From a virus (Duplodnaviria > Caudoviricetes): a stretch of DNA of 64,000 nt. Below the pieces are notes generated by a model, which saw only the letters and a program-made list of their open reading frames with translations, was not told where the DNA came from and did not search any database. Position numbers and translations under genes: made by a program. Location of the stretch: the IMG/VR virus record IMGVR_UViG_3300027804_000038, positions 229,851-293,850 of that record. One strand, given 5' to 3'. Numbering within the stretch: the first letter of the stretch is position 1; every line of letters starts with the position of its first letter. Below are positions 58,528 to 64,000 of this stretch, piece by piece.

Positions 58528-61500
58528 ATGAACCTACAAGAACATATAAGAAAAGTATTAAGGGAAGAACTTAATGAAGTTAGAGTTCCAAGAAGTGAAA
58601 GAGTGGAAGTATATAAAGATGATAATATAATTGTTGTTGTTCCATTAACACATAGAGCATTACAAAAATATGCTCACCAATGCCAGTGGTGTATTAATGA
58701 TGATATTCATGAGTGGGAAGATTACCATAAAGGTAAACATGCGGTAATAATTCAAAGAAACCCAAAGAAACTAAAAATAGGTATAACAGGAAATCCAACG
58801 GCATCGGAAATATTTTTATTAGCCAAATGGGATAACAATCAATCAAGTTTTGAGGATGTATGCCAGATGTTAGATTATGAATTTAGGAATGATAGAACAA
58901 TGTCTGATTATTATGTAACGATTTCAAACGATATAAATAACTTCGCCACCAACATAGTCTATTATTCACCTGAAACAGGTATCTACGACCAAGAAGATAA
59001 TTTCTTATGGAATTTTAATATAGAGATAAATGACATCCCGAATGTAAAACCTAAAGTCATTGAGATAATGGATGATTATTTAACTGAAGAAGAATGAACC
59101 TACAAGAACAAATATCAAGAATGCAATCAATGATGGAGGACAATAATACTAGAAGAACTGGTGTTGGGAGAACTATGGATACATTCACATTTGATGATTT
59201 ATATGATGAACTTTTAGGGTCAACTTATTTTAAATTTCAAAACTATGATATTTGGTTTGGTGTTAATGGTGAAGAAATAACAGACGAATTAACCAATAAA
59301 ATATTAGATTCACTTATACCTCAAGATAGTTACAGTTCATATGAGAAGTGGAAAAATTCAAAATGGTATAACATAACAGGATTCCCATTTTCAAGTAAAG
59401 ATTGGTCAATGGTTAAGAATGGAGATGAACAATTCAAATGGCACTCCACAGGACATAAAAACATGGAAGAACGAATATTCAATTCGTATTTAGAAAAATA
59501 TGGGCAATTCATAGTTGTTAATTTAACTGATAATTAATATGAACCTACAAGAAACAATAAGAAAAGTATTAAAGGAAGAAACCAAAAGAATTGATGATTT
59601 TTTGGACACAATAACAGATGTACACGAAATGTCCGATGAATTAAAAGAATTTGTTAAAAAATTTATTGAAGAATCTGATTGTAAAAGGATAGATTTCTCA
59701 AATTTTAAAATGCCTGTAATGGGAGTGGCGTTAGAAAGTGGGGTTTTAATTAATTCTGAAGTTATTGATTATGATTTAGAATTTTTGTTATTTTTAATAT
59801 TTCATGAAATCGCTCACCAATATCAATTTAAAAAATACGGGGCTGATATTATGTATGATTGTTATATTGGTGACATAACAGAAATAAAAGCTGCTGAGTT
59901 TATGAAAAAAACGGAAGAAGTTGCTGATGAATTCGCGGCAAGGAAAATTAGAGAACTCCAAAAAATAGGTTTGATGGGAGAATATAATCCTCCACAAATG
60001 TACAAAAGTGTCCCAATACAAAAAATAACGAAGATGATTCGTAATTACAGAAATGATATGAAAATAAAAAATATCAATTCACCAATAAAGGTTAGTGAGT
60101 ATTTTTATAATGCAGTTAAAAGTGAATTATAATATGAACCTACAAGAACAAATATCAAGAATGCAATCAATGATGGGATTAAACGAGGTATCAAACCCGT
60201 ATTCAATCACTTGGTTAGAACCTACAAAGGAATATTTTACACAAGAGTTAGAAGAGTTACTTGGAAATCCAATGAGGTTCAGCAAAGATGAATTCTTTCA
60301 CCCACAAAATTATGATTTAATGTATTCCATATTTCCACACACATTCAAAATAATTGCGGAACATGCAAAAGGAAGTGAAGTGGATAATGAACAAGAAATT
60401 AAAGACATTCTATTAGATAAAGAAATATCTGATTTAATGAATGATTGGGACGATTTTAAACTAGTTCTATTAAAAGATGAACAATCACAAATGGAAGGGT
60501 TTAATTTGTTTAATAAAGGAAGAATGGAAGAATGGGGAGATGAGAAAATAAACAGTACATTTTATATGGGAAGATTCTCAAAAGTGTTTCCAAGAATGTT
60601 TAAAGATACAACATCATCAGGATTAATTAAACAAATGAAAAATGATGATGGAGAAGTTAACCCGTACCACAAAGGCTATTTTGATAATATAGAAAATTTA
60701 AGAAACAAAAAACATAGAGAACTTCCAGCACCATTTGTAATGAAACTACCAACAGGTGGAAGAGAAGGGAATGAATATACGTTAATTGGTGGACATAAAC
60801 GTTCAACAATCGCTAACCAACTAAACGTACCAATATCAGTTTGGTTTATAGAATTATCGTAGATGAACCTACAAAAGACAATAAGAAGAGTATTGAAAGA
60901 AACCCTTGAATCTAGATGGAATAAAGGTAATTACAACTACCAACACGGGTTCTGTCATTATTTCGCATATAACATAATTGATAAAATTAGAGAAAGATTC
61001 CCCAACAAGAAAGTTAATTACTATCTGTTGTTAGCGAACGAAGTTGATACCGAATTTAATAATGATGTTGTACAAGAATATCTAATCCATGCTTATATTC
61101 AAATAGATGATATGTTACTTGATTCAAATGGATTCACAACAGAAGATGCTGCTTGGGAAAGATTGGAAGAATGGGAAAGAGTTCAAAGACGAATGACACC
61201 TGATGAGTATGAGATTAATATATGGGATGAAGAAACAGATGAAATACCTGAATGGTTCTTCAATAATAGTTTTTGTAACACAGGAAGAGTTAAGAAAGAT
61301 ATGGAAGAATTCCTAAATAACCCAATAGTTCAAAGAATATTAAGAGACAAATGAATCTACAAGAACATATAAAGAAAGCACTAAGAGAAAATACTAGTGA
61401 TAAATTTTTATCTACAATAAAGAAACATGGTTTATTTCATTTTCTTATGGTGAGTCAAATAAACCCCATGATTCTTGGAAAATATGTAAAATATGAAGAA

Positions 61501-61809
61501 CTACCAAAAGAAATTATATATAGATTCTTGGATGATTTAGGTAATTCAAATAAGATAAGTGAATGGATAACAGATTATTATGATAGTCCATTATATTTTA
61601 AAAGAGGTCAAGATGGTAGGATATATGAAATACAAACCTTTGGATATAACGGTTCCGTAACAGGGGAGTTTTTTATAGATAAAACGTATATTAATAATTT
61701 TACATTGGATTATGATTTATTACCTGATTATACTTTAGATAAATTATTTGAAATGGCTTTACTCGGACCATTTTATCAATCAATTTATAAGGATAATGTT
61801 AAAGATTAA
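58528..61809 (+). repeat. Tandem array of six genes starting MNLQ(E/K) (58528, 59094, 59539, 60134, 60863, 61351)
   Basis: ATGAA(C/T)CTACAA at every start; 43-nt identity between 59094 and 60134; bodies unrelated. Confidence 0.85.
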
Positions 61810-61820
61810 TACGGGACTGA

Positions 61821-62528
61821 TTAATCAATTAATTTAGGGATAATATTAACACTTACAAATTGCCAATTACGGTCAATAAAAGAGGGATACTTAAATAAAT
61901 AATCAGACAAACAACCCCAAATCGGGTCTTCGAAATATTCAGAATAATCATATTTAAGGTCATAAATATTATGAATTATTTCCTCAGCGTCCGTAATTAA
62001 TTTTGATTCACTACTATTAATCCCTTTAAATCTAAATTCATCAATAACAAGACTTATATCTAAATGAAAGGATTCAGAATCATCCCAGTACATATCAAAA
62101 TCATTATCGACTACATACATACCTTTTATTTGATAATATCCTTTTATATTACTTATTGATTCTTTTAAATCGGTTTTATTTATACATTTCAAAAATTCAT
62201 TTTCTAAAACATTTGGAATGTAAAATTGGTGTCTTTCAAAGTCATCAAATTTAACTAAGGATTCAATTTCTCGCATTGTTAAATTAGTACTTAGTAGTTT
62301 ATCTAAAACAACTAATTCATCCGCAACTAAAGTAACCAAAGAGTTATAAGAGAATGGTAGATTCTTAGGGTTAGATATTTTTAAAGTTGGTACATAAAAA
62401 TCGTAAGAACGTGTGGTTAGTCTATCAAACTCACCTGACATATATAATTTCAAACCGTTAACATCAATGTCTTTAATGTATTTAGGTAAAAATTTAATAA
62501 ATCTATTTATATTATCTATTTTGGACAT
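61821..62528 (-). CDS. Hypothetical protein
   Basis: 235-aa ORF. Confidence 0.55.
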   Translation of the reverse strand: MSKIDNINRFIKFLPKYIKDIDVNGLKLYMSGEFDRLTTRSYDFYVPTLKISNPKNLPFSYNSLVTLVADELVVLDKLLSTNLTMREIESLVKFDDFERHQFYIPNVLENEFLKCINKTDLKESISNIKGYYQIKGMYVVDNDFDMYWDDSESFHLDISLVIDEFRFKGINSSESKLITDAEEIIHNIYDLKYDYSEYFEDPIWGCLSDYLFKYPSFIDRNWQFVSVNIIPKLID

Positions 62529-62544
62529 TTTTTATATATAAATA

Positions 62545-63230
62545 TTAACCCGCACCACAATCGGAGTAAGGTTCACCAACAGTAATATCAAATTTATTTT
62601 CAACCCAACTGGCTACCAAATATAAACATTCATCCAAAGATATTGAAAAGAAATTTGAAATCTCTTCCAATAAAGAACAACTAATATAACAATCATTAGA
62701 TTTACGATGAGTGGAAATAATTGCGTAAGATAAACGTTCCCTCCAATGAATCTCAGATGGCCAAAAAAGAATATCACCTTCATCCTCAAGATGAAAAAAG
62801 TTTTGCATATCAAGATACTTAAATACTAATCTATCAAACTGTGATTCGTCTATTAGGTATTTCATGATATATGAGCACTCCTTACTTCTGTAACTTTATA
62901 TTCAGGGAATAAACTAACAAACACGTCTGCTAATAGGTATCTGGCATTAACCGACCAAAAAGGGTGAGGAAGCATCTCATCATATCTATCCAAAGACCTA
63001 TCATAATATAATTCACCACTATGTTTATTAAATACCATTAATTTAACACCATCAGAATCGTATAATGTAATGTGAGAATCTCTTTCACTATATTCATCAA
63101 TTAAGTTCTCAAAATGAGGAATAAGTTTATGTTTTAGTTTCTCATATATTTCAACATATTTAACATCTCTCCAAGTCCTTTCAAGCTCGGAAATAAGTTT
63201 AAGTTGTGATTCGGTGATAAGGTATTTCAT
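62545..63230 (-). CDS. Two MKYLI-family genes (62545-62865, 62862-63230)
   Basis: MKYLIDESQ, MKYLITESQ. Confidence 0.6.
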
Positions 63231-63316
63231 ATGATATAAATACAAACATAAGTCAAAATGGTCCCCTTAACAATTCCATAATATGTTTAACCATTTACCT
63301 TTAATATTTATATGTA

Positions 63317-64000
63317 ATGGAACTATCAAGATTTCTTACAATAGTCATTCCCTGTAAGAACGAATCAAAAATTATTGATACGACTCTTTCTTTACTTAAT
63401 TCCCAAAAAAATATTAATGGTGTTAAAGTTATTATTTCAGATTCTTCTGATGATGGAACGACATATAATCTTGAAACAAGAAACAGAGACCATTTTGATT
63501 TATTAATAATCCAAGGAGGACTTCCAGGTTATGCAAGAAACAAAGGGGCTGAAAGAGTTGAAACCCCATATGTTTTATTTATGGATGCCGATATCTTTAT
63601 TCTTGACCCAGATTTATTAACTGAAGCGATTAAGTTAATGAGAAGAAATGAGTATGACTTACTAACAACAAAGGTAAGAACAACCAATGGGAAATATAAC
63701 TACGTATTCAGGTTCTTTGATGTGGTACAAAAGTCAATTAAAGTATTCACACCATTCTGTCTTGGTGGGTTTATGTTATTTAAAACTGAGACATTTAATA
63801 GACTTGGTGGATTTGATGAAGAAGCAAAAGTTGCTGAAGATTACCTGTTATCAAAACAAGTATTCAGTGATAAGTTCAAGATAATAAATACAACGGTATT
63901 CACACCACCAAGAAGATTTGAGAATAAGGGACTATGGTATATGACAAAACTAATGGTTAAATCATTCTTCAATAGGAACAACAAGAAGTTCTTTTCAAAC
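63317..64000 (+). CDS. Glycosyltransferase family 2 (runs off window)
   Basis: TIVIPCKNE, SDSSDDGT, ARNKGA, LFMDAD. Confidence 0.9.
   Translation, partial: MELSRFLTIVIPCKNESKIIDTTLSLLNSQKNINGVKVIISDSSDDGTTYNLETRNRDHFDLLIIQGGLPGYARNKGAERVETPYVLFMDADIFILDPDLLTEAIKLMRRNEYDLLTTKVRTTNGKYNYVFRFFDVVQKSIKVFTPFCLGGFMLFKTETFNRLGGFDEEAKVAEDYLLSKQVFSDKFKIINTTVFTPPRRFENKGLWYMTKLMVKSFFNRNNKKFFSN

Overview
AT-rich, densely coded, mostly + strand segment of a large (jumbo/mega) phage genome. The host is probably Bacteroidota: there are many TAnnTTTG promoters and CHU_C/T9SS-type C-terminal domains. The code is standard (table 11). It holds about 24 near-canonical tRNAs and many atypical tRNA-like or structured RNAs. 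Proteins include DnaK (partial), Ro60/TROVE, NusG, a tRNA nucleotidyltransferase, an RNA ligase, a kinase and several phosphatases, ThyA, PurA, GMP reductase, glutamine synthetase, MgsA, lysozymes, a subtilase and long runs of hypothetical genes with shared N-terminal leaders. The most striking observation is at 16.7-17.5 kb, 1.7 kb downstream of the Ro60 gene. Four copies of one bulged RNA carrier stem (5' TAGT(A/G)...GTTACTTC, 3' A-rich plus complementary strand) each enclose a different tRNA cargo: a tRNA(CAT) circularly permuted at the variable loop, an unpermuted tRNA(CAG), a tRNA(GGA) permuted at the D/anticodon junction with a UUCG-capped acceptor stem, and a bare Lys(UUU) anticodon stem-loop. 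I infer a phage Ro60/Y-RNA-like tRNA decoy or repair system. Also notable: an HNH gene that splits tRNA-Pro and carries a replacement tRNA-Pro, and a leader-peptide attenuator in front of the tRNA operon. All structures were read by eye and no database searches were run.
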